Origin: Lama guanicoe
Taxonomy: Eukaryota
Assembly: GCA_013239625.1 (NCBI GenBank)
Contig: MU055594.1
Coordinates: forward strand, 16,062,445-16,126,444
DNA length: 64,000 bases
Direction of reading: 5' to 3'
How positions within the stretch are numbered: the first letter of the stretch is position 1; every line of letters starts with the position of its first letter. The notes beneath the pieces are model-generated. The model was not told the DNA's origin and searched no databases. It saw nothing but the letters and a program-made list of their open reading frames with translations. Positions 13,681 through 27,100 of the stretch are shown in pieces. A program made the translations under genes and the position numbers.

Positions 13681-14539
13681 GTGTCTTCAATATTAAGGAG
13701 TCTGCATCCCCTGGGTTCTATGTTGTGTTTATAGTGTTGATATTTTGAGCTCTATAGACAGACATGAGCTCTGTGGACAGTGTGTCAAGACTTGGGAGTG
13801 TCCAGCCTCTTAGTTGTGTGTATCCCCTTGATCTCTTTTCCTTCACTTTTGGCCCTCTCACCCTCCTGAGGAGGTGTTTCCTGTCGCCTGTGGATTGATC
13901 ATCCATTTGGTTTTACCGTTTAAGTATTAATCAAAACGCGATGAAGTAATTCCATGAGTAAAATTAGCCCTTTAGTTACCAGCATTGATTTATAAGATAC
14001 TGTAGAAGTAAAGATAGAAGATGTAATTTTTAGATTTTTGTTTTTATTTATGCAGGAAAACAGATGCATTTCTGTTAACCCACAACATAATCGTCCTCTT
14101 ACTGTCTTGTGTTCACAGATCTGAGCGACAGATGGGCAACCACAAACGTGACCTTATTACACAAAAGTCAGGGACCCGGGAACTTGACAAAACAGCCCCG
14201 GGTAATACTCCCATGATACCCAGTGACCTGTCCTGGCAGACATCAGAAATGGAAGAAGCTAACAATTAAGGAAAAAGACTGACACTGTTAAACAGTCTTA
14301 ATCTAAAGGCGGTAAATTAAAAAGCCATCCTGAGTTTGCTTTAGCCATCCTGAGTTTGCTTTAGGCAGGTAACAATGGAACTTTTCCTTACAAACTGAGA
14401 TGACCCAAGTTTCTGTCCGGAAAAAGACCACTCTACTGATACTTATCCCAGATGATCGGCTTCATCGTAGAAGTATCTTCACCACGTTTCACGGAGATTT
14501 TAAAACCGTCAGCTTACATTCCTTGAAACGCGCTGTCCT

Positions 14540-15110
14540 GCCGACCTTCTGCTCGTCCCCTCCCCGGAAGCCAGCGCGAGGGGCCAAAGCGCTGGGAAAC
14601 AGGTGGCGCAGAACCCGCCGCGGCTTTCGATTGACGCTGCTCCAAGCTAGCCCGCACTGATTGGCTGGTGGGAGGGACCCATCAGGGCTGTCGTTGAGGA
14701 TTGGCTGGTTCGCGGAGGAACCCTGTTTCCGGTAGCTCGGCGCGCAGCCCCGTCGCCGCCATGGCGACCGGCGAGCGGGTGGTGGCGCCGCCTCTGTGGC
14801 CCGTAGAGGCCCGGTTGGCGGCGCTGCTTCCTGACCTGCTGGTCTTCAGGAAGCCCCGGGGACCGGAACCTGAGCTCGCCACGGCCCAGGGCGTCCTTCT
14901 TGGCGTCCACGTGACGGGTGAGGGAGAGAGGAGGCCCGCTGCTCTCCCGACCTGCGGGAGGGGCAACCGTTGGGCCTCAGCTCGTAGGGGCCGCTGCGGT
15001 TATGGGCCTGGCTCCGGAGCGAGCAAAGCAAGCGCGGTTTCACCGCATTTCCCGCCGCCTCCGCCGAAAACCGAGGGTCATTTTCAGAGCAAGAAGCTAA
15101 CCTGACGTAG
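14540..15110 (+). promoter_or_regulatory. CpG island promoter of the ADCY10-like gene
   Basis: Abrupt GC/CpG-rich block. Reverse CCAAT boxes CTGATTGGCT (14657-14666) and GGATTGGCT (14698-14706); ETS-like CCGGAAG (~14564-14570); perfect Kozak GCCGCCATGG (14755-14764). Confidence 0.85.
14761..14917 (+). CDS. ADCY10-like exon 1 (start of C1)
   Basis: MATGERVVAPPLWPVEARLAALLPDLLVFRKPRGPEPELATAQGVLLGVHVT(G); donor G|gtgagg, phase 1. Confidence 0.88.
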
Positions 15111-18100
15111 CCCTGGAGTTCACTTCAGAGATGAGGAAATTGAGGCTCAGAAAAGGGAATGGACTTTTTCGGTGCCATACGGCACACTTTGAACCCAAGT
15201 GTTTTCCAATAAGTATTCCGCCTCGTCTAGTGATTTTATTCACTCAATTAATTCATTCTTTGAGTCCATAAGTATGTACCCGCCATTGTGCTAGGTGTTA
15301 AGAGACCTGGCAGCTACTAGGAGGGTCGTTCATTTAACAAATACTTAGGGAGTTTATGTCATGAATATGAAAATGAGTGATTCAGGTGCCTGTCCTCGAG
15401 GAGCTTACCATATGAGTTCTCCATGAAGCTTTAATCTTGTTACTGGTTTTTCTGCTCTTCATATCTGGGGAAATCCTTTCTCTTGGTCAGAGAGCCTTAA
15501 GAGGGTGTGGCGGGAAAGCAGTAGCTGCATTCCGATGGAAAAGGCTCTTGTGGGTGAATCTTCACCATCTACAGCTCCTGGAAACATGGGAAGGCTGGCC
15601 CTCTGGACTCCTAGAGGCAGCAGCAACCAGCCTGGCCCTGAGTACTTGCTAAGTAACACCATATTAAAGAGTAGAGAAATTACTCAAAAATGAAGAAGAA
15701 GAATTGTGAAATTACTCATATTAAAGAGATCTGCTTTCTTTACACTGTTCCAATGCGAGATTAAGGCCTAAAAGTTTGGGATTTGCAGCTAACAGTAATT
15801 TTTGCTTTGTTGGTCAGGGTTTACAGCATTAATGGACAGATTCAGCCTGAGCTGCAAGTCGGAACATGACATGGACAAACTGGCCCACATCTTCAGTTAT
15901 TACATTAGTGACATTGTGGAGCGTGAGTGACCCTTGTACGGGAACAAGGAAGTGTGGTGCTGGGCTTCTGAGGGTTTGTAACAGAAACAGGCCTGAGGTG
16001 CTTAAAACGGATACTGAAGGTCATTCCTTTAGTGTCACTCATCTTTTATTTCTTAAGGTTGCCACTGACAAGCTAGATCTTTCCATATACCTGCCATTCT
16101 ACCCAATCTCACATCCTATTGACCCAGTGTTCAGAAAGAGGAGGGGAAATGCTAATTTTAATTTTAACTCTGCATGTTTGTATTTTATTTTGAAATGAAG
16201 TATTCCTAAGGCTGTCTCTTTTAACAAAAATACAATGTGCTTCATGTGTGTATATCAGGTATAATTTACAACACACCTCATTTTTTTTTAAATTTTATTT
16301 TATTGAGGTATAAGTCAGTTTACATTGTTGTGTCAATTCATACCTTCCCATTTGGTTACTGCATTTTGATCCTGTGAAGTAGGAGTGAGTGTTTTATTTT
16401 CTGCCATGTATTAAGCTTGTGGATATTTGCCTAATCTAGGAGAAAAACTTATTTGTGCAGTAAACTTGTTTTGAGTACCTACTATGACATACACCGTAAT
16501 AGGTGCAGGAGGTACAGAAACCTACTTTTGAGGCGTTTTCAGTCTAGTTAGGTCTACCTAACAAATTATACTGGCTCTGCACCCTTTAGTACTAATGTAT
16601 GTACATTCCCTTCCTTTACTGACAGTGTCCCATAGTTACTCCATCATTCTGAGATTCACCAGAATAATTACCTTGTGGCCTCTCCTTAAGCCACATAAAG
16701 TGGCTGTTTGACTAATCCCTTACCACTGAGGATTCTGCCTGAGGTCTTTCAATGGACGTCATCAAGTTTAGGGGAAAGGGGGAGATAGAAATTATGTATC
16801 ATGTATGTATTATAACGGAGTTGCTGAGTACTAGAAATACATGGGAAAACAAGACACAGTACCTGCCCTCTTGTAGGTTCCAAGGAAGGAAGATAGTAAA
16901 CAAGATAATTTCAGAGTATGTAGTCTACAAAGGAAATAAATAAGGTGTTGTGGGAAAAAAGAAAAGAATTGTAGGGTGAAAGAGTTTCTGTATTAGGGTG
17001 GTCACAGGAGACATCTCTGAGAAGGTGCTGTGTAAGCTGAGACATAACGGATGTGAGGAACGCTGTGTGTGGAGCTAAGGGTAGAGCATTTCAGGCAGAA
17101 GAATGCCAAGTAAAAAGGTTCTGAGGTGGAGAAGGCTTGGCATGTTCTAGGAACTGAAAAGGCCAGTGTGGTTAGAGCATAGTTAGCAGGGAGAAGAGTG
17201 GCTTGAGGTGAGACTGGAGAGCATCAAGCTCCATAGAACATAGAAGTTTGGATTATTTATTTTTGTATGAAGGGAAACTGTTGAAAGACTCTAGCAGGGG
17301 AGTGATGTGATCTGATTTACATTTTTAAAGCTCATTTTAGCTGTCTCCTGGAGATAGAAACTATGTATCATGCATGTATTTATAATACCAGGAACTGCTG
17401 GGTACTAGAAATACACAGGAAAGTCAGACATGGTACCTGCCCTCATGGAGATTGTTTTATAGGGAACTGATGGAAGGTAGATGGTAAAACTGGACGCTGG
17501 AAGAGGCAATTGGAATAATTGTGGAGAGAAGTTAGAGATTTAGATGAGGTTAGTGGTTCTCTACTTTGGCAGCACGTTAGATAACCACTTAGGAGACTGT
17601 TAAAACTCCTGATGTCTAGACTTCACCCCATATCAGTTAAATCAATATCTTGGGGTAAGCCCAGGACTAAGGATTTTTCTTACAGACAATTTCAGTGTGC
17701 AGTAAAGGCTGAAACTATTAGTCTCAAGGTGTGGTAATGAAGGGAGCTGTATGGAGATGAACTGACTTGAAATATATTTTGCAGTTCAACAGACAGGATT
17801 TTCTAATGTATTGGATTTCCGTGGGAAATGGTGAGGAAAACAATTGTCAACTTTTTTGGCTTATGTAACCGAATTGAAGGTGATGTCACATACCGAGATG
17901 GGAAAGACTAGGCTTTGAGGAAGAAAGTCAAGGGTTCTATTTTTAATATATTGAGTTTGAGATGTTAGTAAGTCAGTCAAGTGAGGCAACGAAGTTAGCT
18001 GTGATTGAGCTTAGAGAATAGATCTTTAGAGATGAAAAGTGAATTGATGGCATAAAGATTTTATTTAAAGTTAAGAACTGATTGAGTCCACATGGGGGGA

Positions 18101-21100
18101 CTGTAAAGAACTCCAAGGGGAGATTGTGATTATGATTAGGGAGAAAGAACCTACAACAGCAACTGTGAAGCAGTCAGTCAGGTAGGCTATTTGGTGTTCC
18201 TGAAGCCAAAAGGGCAATAGTGTCTCTAGAAGGAGAGCGCTGCCCTAGTGGATTGAAAATAAAAGGTGTCAAATACAGTGATATCAGAAAAATACTAAAT
18301 ATAGCAAGATGAATGCTTTGGGTGGTTTTGATAATTTTAGTGAAGTGGTAGAGATGGAAGTTCAGATTGGAATAAACTGAGAATTTTTTTCTTTTGGCTG
18401 GGAATATAACAGAAAAATTGAGCTCATAGCTAGAGAAGAAGGCAGAGTCAAGAATAGGTGGGTTGATTTTGTTGTGTGTTTTTTTTTTACAAAGATATTA
18501 ATGGGAATGATGGCACAGAAAGAACATAAGGAAGGGAGTGAAGTTATTGAGAGGGTGAGGGGGACTAGGATCCAGAGCACAAATAGGGGGATGGCTTTGA
18601 AGATACCAAGAGGGCTTTCCTTCTGTTTTTAGAGAAGTTGGGTATAAGAACAGACATATCTGAAGAGAAGCTAGGGGAAAGGAAGAGGGAGTCTGAACCT
18701 TGGAATGAACAAATTGACCAGAAAAGATACAAAGGGAAACTCAGAAGGCCATTCTTTTCATCATATGTGATTCTGCCATGATCCAGCATATCTGATTTTG
18801 ATTCATTTTCCCCTCTTGCTTGATTTCAGATGTGCTCTGTTTTGGAGGGGATATCCTAAATATTACAGGTATTTCTCAGTTTTTCTGAATATTTAAAGCA
18901 CCCTGAAGTGAGGAAGACTGTATTTTAGGTGGAATTTGGCATGTTTATTCAGCATTGTTTGATTATTTTTCTAAGTGCTGGGCCCTGAGGAAACACAGAT
19001 GAGGAAGACAGTCTCTGCCTCAAAGGGTCTCCCAGTCTAATGGAAAAGCCTTGTCCATGTTAAGCTCCCATGTATTTTACAGTTTGTTCAGATTGACAGA
19101 AAAATAAGTGCCTTTAAAGCATTCGTGAGAAAACTTATGAGAAGCTTGGTCATTAATAACAGAAGCTACATATAGGAGAGGGAGAGGAGTCAAGAGTCTC
19201 CTATCTGGAGAACTCTTGTGATCATTTACAGCTGTGTGCCACAGAGCTGGCCTGTCTTTTCATTTAAACTTAATGAAACCACTTAAAATCTTAAAATTCA
19301 ACTTGAATGTAAACATATATTTTGTGGGCCTCTTAGCTAGTACCCCGCCCCTTCTGTTAGGATACTGGTGGGGAAAGAATTACCAAAAATAGCTTTAAAC
19401 CTTAGGAACATTTCAGCTTCTACTTAGTCATGTTTTTATATGCTCAATGGTTTTTTAAGATTAAGGCAGTATTTTAACCTAACATAATGTATAGGGCGAG
19501 AAACCTTGCGTGACACCTTGCATGATACCTTTTGCATTATTGAGGGTTCTGCCATGGCAAGTGAATTCAAATATTTGATCTCTGTCAGCCTGTCTTGTGT
19601 GTCTACAGGGAATGTGCTCCTTGCACTCTGGACAGTGGAACAGAATCAACTGAGTGACATCATTACCCTGGTGGCAAAATGCAGTCTGGAGATACAGGAG
19701 AAATTTGGCATCTGCCACACCAGAGAAGGGCAGGACCTGCAGTTAAAGATAGGTAGTAGCTATTAAGAGTGATAAGTTGGGGGGGGGGGGGGAAGGAAAC
19801 ATTAAAAATTTTAAAGATAAATGACAACTTGGAAAAAAAATATTTGCGACTCATATCATGTAGACAAAGGGTAAATTTTTCTATAGAAAGAACACCTAGA
19901 AGTTAAGAAAAGACTAACATTCTAGGAGAAAACTGAGCAAAAGAATGAATAAATAGCACATAAACAAAGAAGTCATCTCTTGTAATGTGTGAAAAAACGG
20001 TCAACTTAGTAATAAGAAAAATGCCAATTGAAAGTACATTGAGATCATTCCCTACCTACAAATATGGAAAAATTCAGATGCTGGACACACTGTCGGTGAG
20101 GCTGCGAGGAATAAGCCTTCTTACACAGTGTTGATGGGAGTCAGCAGTGGTGTAACTTCTGTAGAGGGTGATCCAGTCATCTCTACCCAGATTACAAATG
20201 CATTTATTCTTCAGCCCAGCAATCCCACTTCTGAACATTTATCCTATGGGTATACCTGACTGTGCATTAAATATCATGTATATAAGATTATTTATTGCAA
20301 TACAGATTGTGATAAAAGGTTGAAAACAATATCTATAGTAGACTGGTTAAATAAACAATAATATGTTTATTCACTGAGATTCTCTACAGCTTTAAAAAAA
20401 AAAGATGTTCTGATATAACAGTATCTCCAAAACATAGATGAGAAAAAGCAAGATGCAAAGCACTGTGTTTAGTATGCTACCTTTTATGCAAGTAGGAAAA
20501 ATAATAATTTTTCTTATTTATATTTGTATAAAGAAACACTGGAGAGATATATAAGAAACTAATAAAAGTCACCTATTAGGGGAAAATAGTGTAGATAGGT
20601 ATATAGATGGAATCAAGACTTTTTAATGTATATTCTTTATGTAGTTTGGTTTTTGAGCTATGTCATTGTATTACATAATCAAAAATATAATACAATACTA
20701 TAGGAAAAAAGCTGTACACAGAGGCGAAAGTTTCACCAGTGGCAGAGTCAGGATTGGAGGGTTAGCTCTAGACACAAAACTCCAGCTATTCATTTGTATT
20801 TTGAGGACTAGTCAGTAGTGAAGAATCATATTCTGAGTTATATGGCATCTATCCTGTCCTACCATCCTTTTTTAGTTCTTCTGATTTTTGTTTTATTGAT
20901 AGATAATTCATATCTGATACTGTACATAGACATATTTATACAATTTTGAAACCATCACCACAATCAAGATAATGAACATTCAGCACTCACTAAAGTTTCC
21001 TGTGCCCCTTTATAAACTCTCCCTCTCATCCTTCGCCTCCCCATCCCCAAGCAACCACAGCTCTCCTTTCTGTCATTAGAGATTATTTTGCATTTTTAAA

Positions 21101-24100
21101 GAATGTTATATAAGTGATATCATATAGTAGGTACTTTTNNNNNNNNNNNNNNNNNNNNNNNNNNNNNNNNNNNNNNNNNNNNNNNNNNNNNNNNNNNNNN
21201 NNNNNNNNNNNNNNNNNNNNNNNNNNNNNNNNNNNNNNNNNNNNNNNNNNNNNNNNNNNNNNNNNNNNNNNNNNNTATTTATTCACTTTTTGATCAGCAA
21301 TTGGGTTCTCAGGTTTTGACTTGCAAATAAAGCTGTTATGAATATCCATGTACAAGTCTTTGTATGGACATATCCATATGTTTCTCTTGGACAGACACCT
21401 AGACATGAAAGGTCTGGGTCATATAGTAGATGCGTATTTAACTTTTAGAGAAATTGCTAATATTTCTTCCAAAGTGGTTGTACTATTTTACATTTCTACC
21501 AGCAGTGTATGAAGGTTCCAGTCTCTTGCCAATATTTATCCTTGTCTGTCTGAAGAACTTTCTTTAAAATTTCTAATAATGTGGGTTTGCTGGAGATGTG
21601 TTAGTTCAGCTTTTGTGTGTCTGGAAAAAATTCACCCGTTTTTGAAAGATACCTCTACTAGGTATGGAATTCTAGATTGACAGGGGCTTCCCCCACCCCT
21701 TCTTATATTAAAGCTGTCATTCTACTGACATCTAGCTTGTAATGTTTCCAACAAGAAATCCTTATTTTTGTTTCTTTGTATATAATGTCTCTCCCTTTTC
21801 CACCCTAGCTGTTTTCAAAATTTTTTTCTCTGTCACTAATTTTAGGCAATCTGATTATCATGTGCCTTGGTACAGTTTTCTTCATCTTTCTTATGCTTGG
21901 GACCTATTGAGATTATTGGATCTATAGGCTTCTAGTTTTTGTAAAATTTAGAAAATATTCTGCCATTATTTCTTCAAATAATTTTTTCTCTCTTCCTCCT
22001 CCTCTGTCTAGCTACACACATATTAGGCTGCTTGAAATTGTCCAACTCACTGATGCTGTGTTTATTTTTTTTTGTCTTTTTTCTCCCTGTGTTTCATTTT
22101 TGGATGGTTTCTATCGCTGTGTTTTCAAATTTACAGATGTTCTCTTTTGCAATATCTAATTTGCCTTTGATCCAATCTAATGTATTTTTCATCTCAAGCC
22201 TGATAGTCTTCATCCATATGAAGATACCATATCTTCCATGTCCCTACTTGTTCAGTCTTTTCTCTAGGTTCTTGAATATGTAGAATATAGTTGCAGCTTT
22301 TTTAATGTCCTGATCTCCAAATTCTGTCATTTGTATTATTCTGCACTGGGCTTGACTGATTGATTTTTCTTCTAATTGTGAATCATATTTTCCCTTTTCT
22401 TTGCACACCTCGTAATTTTTGGTAGGTGCCAGACATTGTAGAATTTAACCTTGTTGAGTGTTGAATTTTTAAATATTTCTATAAATATTCTTAAACTTAG
22501 TTCTGGAATGTAGTTGACTTGATACTTTCAGGTTTTACTTTCAAACTTTGTTGGAGGGGCCAGAGCAGTGTTTAGTCCAGAGCTAGTTTTGCCCTGTTCC
22601 TGAGTCAAACCCCTTACGGGTACTGTACCTAATGTCCTGTGAATTATTAAGTTTGATACTCTGGCTAGTGGGAATAGGAACTATACCCGGCCCTGTCTGA
22701 TATTAAAGATTGTTCCCTCTAATCTTTTCAGGTGGTTCTTTCTGTAGCCTCAAGTTGTTTCCTCAGATTGATTCACTTATCAGTACTCAGCTAAAGACCG
22801 AGGGAGACCCAGTTCTCTGGAGTTCTCTCTGTCTACTCTCCAGTAGTCACAGTGCCCTACAAACTCTAACCACCTTGGCCCCTCAGATTCCTAGTTCTGT
22901 CTCCTCAACTCGGGGACCCCTCCAGGCTATACCTGGGTTTCTTCTCTCCAAGCTGTGTACTGGAAACTCTCTAGGCAGTGAGCTGGGGTATCAGAGGGTT
23001 CACCTTGTTTGTTTCTCATCTCTCAAGTATACTGTCCTTAATTACTTGATGGCCAGTATCTTGAGAACTGTTGTTTCTGTTGTTTCGTGTCTTTTTTCCC
23101 GGTTCCATGATTGTTCCAGGTGTTGTGGTAAATTTACTACCTGTTATTCTGTCTTGGCTAAAAGTATATGTCTCTGCCGTTCTTTTAAAACTACTTTTCG
23201 CTTGTTTTTAGTGTAGATTGGGTGACTGACTTACCTAAGGGCAGACTTCTCTTGGTTATAGGCATTTCTTTTCTGGCAAGCAAACCAGTTTTTCAGCCCT
23301 ATTAGCAGTAAGAAATCCAGGGCAAGAAAAACAGGAGGCAGAATAAAAGCGTATGGCAGAGCCCATGCCTGGTAAAATAGTGATTGTCTACTGTCTCAGT
23401 GCTGCTTACATGTGAGGAGGACTGGTGTGGTCAGCAGTTTCTGAGCATAACCATTTGGTCTCTGCCATCAGGACCTAGCTGTCCTTTAGAAGAACAATTT
23501 AGAAACAAAACTCTCAGACACCTAAGATCTCTTTTTTCTTCCCTCATACAACTCAGGCTTATTTGAATGTCTGTCTCTAGGTGTGTTTAAGACAAAGAAA
23601 TCTGGAGCAAGGTGTTACTTTTGAGATTGCGCTCACCTAATACTTCATGGCAATAACGAGATTGGCATGATGCATAAAACCATGTGAGGATTCCAGACCC
23701 CGCCCTTTGCAAAGTTTTCCAACTGAGTTTGGCTGTTCATCACGTGTCTCCTTTTTCCTGGATAGGTCTGTCTGCAGGACGGATTTCCCAGGTTATTGTT
23801 GGAGACGAGCAGCGACAGTACCTCTTGGTGATTGGGCGGGATGTGGACGGTGTCCAGTTAGCTCAGCGTTTGGCTCAGGCAAATGAGATTGTCTTATCCT
23901 GGAACTGCTGGAAGCTCTGTGAACAGTACATGTTTGAAGTGGAAATCATGAGGGAGGACGAAGCTGTGAAGGTAGGAGGCTGCTCACATCCATTGAATGT
24001 CCTGCAGAGGCCTTCCTACTACCCGGGGAAGTGCTCTGGTGGTACTCACACATGGCCTGACCAAACCAACAAATGTTGGAACTCTATTTTAGAGGGAGGC

Positions 24101-27100
24101 AGGGAATATTCTCCCAGGAAGATAGACGAGGCAGAACAGTAAGGCTGGAAAGATAAGAGATAAACAAGGGAGTTGGCATCCTCAGCCCCTCTGTTAAGGA
24201 ACCAAAGGTAATCCAGTTGGTGGGTGGGCACAGAATTGAGCAGTTCCTTTCTGTAGTTAAGAGATATGCGGATCAGTGACCCATTTGATTTCGATGAGCA
24301 TTTTGACAAGTGCCTGGATTACCTGCCACATTACCGGACAAGTGCTGGTAAGTTACTTGGCCCTTTGTATCCAATACCAAAATTTCAAAGATTAATTTTT
24401 CACATGCATGGAGACATTTTGTTTGTTTTCCTTTTCTCAGACATTCTAAGAACAGCCCTGGAGTTGGATCCAGACTCTGCACTTGAGCAAACCCTGAGGA
24501 AGCACATAATGAAAAGCCTTCTGAAGAAGGTTATTTTGTAGTTCTTGAGTCATCGTGTAGACTGTGTGTTTGTGTAAAGAATGTACATTTATATGTGATG
24601 ATCATTTGTACTGATCCAGTTCACCTCCTGCTGCCCATTTTAGTACCAGCAGATTTTCTCATCTGCATCAGTTACTACAGTGACATGTCTTACAAGTTTA
24701 GATTTCTCAGTCCTAGAAAGCAGAAGCCATATTTGTTTATGTTTGTCCCTCTAGAAGCTGGTACACTATAAACAGGTATAGAGTATATGCTTGGTAAATA
24801 TGTGTTGATTACATGTATCTGAATCTATGTGAATCCCTTAGTGAGCGATTTAATGGCTAGGAGAATTGGACATACCAAACTAAGTCTTAGAAAGGAAATA
24901 TAAAAGCATAGCAAATTTCATCAGTGAATTAGTTTTAAAGTCAAACAGTTTTAACTCCAAGTGTACTGGTTGGTATATCTTCCATACTGCTTGAACCTGA
25001 GTTTTAAGTTTTTTGTCTAACATCCATAAATTATTTTCTCATGTTTACCATGGAATATTGAATTTAAATGCCTAAGCATGATAGTGAAAGTTGAAGATAC
25101 AGACAAGGTAACTCACTGTGTCTTTGTAGATTGATGAAGGGCAGCCTATGGAGTATATATCTGAATTCCGTACCGTGACTACGGTTTTGGTCAGCCTAGA
25201 GCTCCGCAAGACAGAATGGATGTTGCATTTGTGTCATCTTATCCAGGAGGCTGCCTTATACATCTCCACAGTGATAGAGAAAGGGGGTGGCCAGCTGAGC
25301 CGGATCTTTATGTTTGAGAAAGTAAGTACAAAGGAATTTGACACATCAGCATTAAAGGTGAGTGAGGAATAATAGTCTTGTATCACCAGTTTATTTCTCA
25401 CATAACACAGGCATAAGTCAGATCCTCGGCTGCTTATTTTGTAGCAAGCTATATTACATTAAAACTTCAACTAGTAATAGTTAAGGAAAGAGATGTTCTA
25501 GTTAATTTAATTTTCAAGGTAACTAAGGGTTACTCTCCATATCCTTTTTAAATCTATCGTTGTTGAAAAAAAATCCTTCTGAAGGCATAAAGAATGTTTT
25601 TATGGCTCTATTAGTAAAGTATATGTAATCAAATCTTTCTCATAAATTTAGGAGCTTGAAAAAGAGCAGTATTGTAATATTTGACATTCTAGGTGAAGAA
25701 AATAGAAGCAGATAGAGTTAGCTTAAGTTGGACACTAAAAACTGAATTTTTGAAAAGTTCTTGACATCAGTTTTTCTCATGTTTTGAATTTCAGTTCTTT
25801 AAATAGCTAAATTAAGATTTTATTTCTTCTTCTTTTTAAAAAAATGTCCGTGTTGCTGTGGCCTAGCGTGCCCATTTCATGAATCTTATAGAACCCTACA
25901 TTCCTAACAGAAAACCAGCTAGGAAGAAATCTGGAAGGAGTCTGGGTTCACTAAGGGAAATTGGTGCAGTGGACGCAAGCCATATTTCTTCCCCAGATCA
26001 AGTTCCGTTTTCTTTCTCTGTCATCTATTTCAGGGCTACATGTTCCTCTGTGTTTTCGGACTTCCTGGGGATAAGAAGCCAGATGAGTGTGCACATGCCC
26101 TGGAGAGCTCCTTCAGCATCTTCAGCTTCTGCTGGGAGAATCTTGCTGAGACCAAGTGAGGAGGAAGGTGGGGCAGAGAGGAACTTCTCAGGCCCAGGGG
26201 GCTCTTCAGGCAAGGAAGGAGGCAGTAGCAAGTAGCAGGGGTTGAGGGCATCTGGAATCTGCCCAAAGGGGAGAGAGGGAACATTCTGAGGATAGTCAGA
26301 AAACAAAGTCTGTTAAGAATCACTGGATACAGAACTGTGTACCAGATACCCAGGGGAAATGAATGCAAGTTTCCATCCAGTGGGGTAGGAGAAGGGGAGG
26401 GACACAATATGCATAGCAAGATTCAAGAACATTGCGAAGGAACAAGCAGATGTGGAAATGAATATAAAAATAATGTATCTGTATGTGGAAGGAAGGCTGC
26501 CCGTCTGTGGGGAGGGGCGGCATGGGAAAACAAATTGTGGGGCAGTAACCTAGATAGGAGGGACCACAGCTGGTTAATGCTCTCCTTCTTGGCTTTCGCT
26601 TTTGGTCTTTCCCAGCCCTACTAATTTTTCTGGAATTCACACTGAACTGACCTCCTGCTCTTTTTATCTATAAAATAAGGAGTTGGATCAGAAAGCCTCT
26701 AAGTTCCTTTTCAGTATTACTGCCTTTTTAATGGTATCACTGAATTTTATTTATTTTTTTTTTTATAATGGTATCACTTTAGTAAGATATGCTGTTCCTT
26801 TGGGGGAATATCCACACAGGATTTGAGGACAGACGATCTGGGTTTCGTTACCAGCTCTGCTATACGCTAGTAACTTCTCTTCTGTGGCCTTAGTTTCCTC
26901 ACGTGTAAAAGAAGGATACAAATATTCACACTAGTAGCATATACTAAAGTATTCTATAAATGTTAAAGCATTGTGTAAATGTATGACACAGTTTTTATTC
27001 ATCTTGAATAAGTATGGCAAGCAAACAAATCTCTGACTTAGTGTTGACATTAGAAATAACTTTTCAAATCTATTCACTTTCCCCATAGTTTTCTAGTGAA

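Noticed and set aside
14400-15105. Several overlapping ORFs on both strands in the CpG island
   Set aside because: Expected from stop-codon scarcity in GC-rich DNA; only 14761-14917 shows sAC homology and a splice donor.
21742-23216. Hydrophobic ORFs including the 168-aa ORF at 22710-23216
   Set aside because: They lie in T-rich antisense LINE-1 remnants, with no recognisable domain or splice logic.
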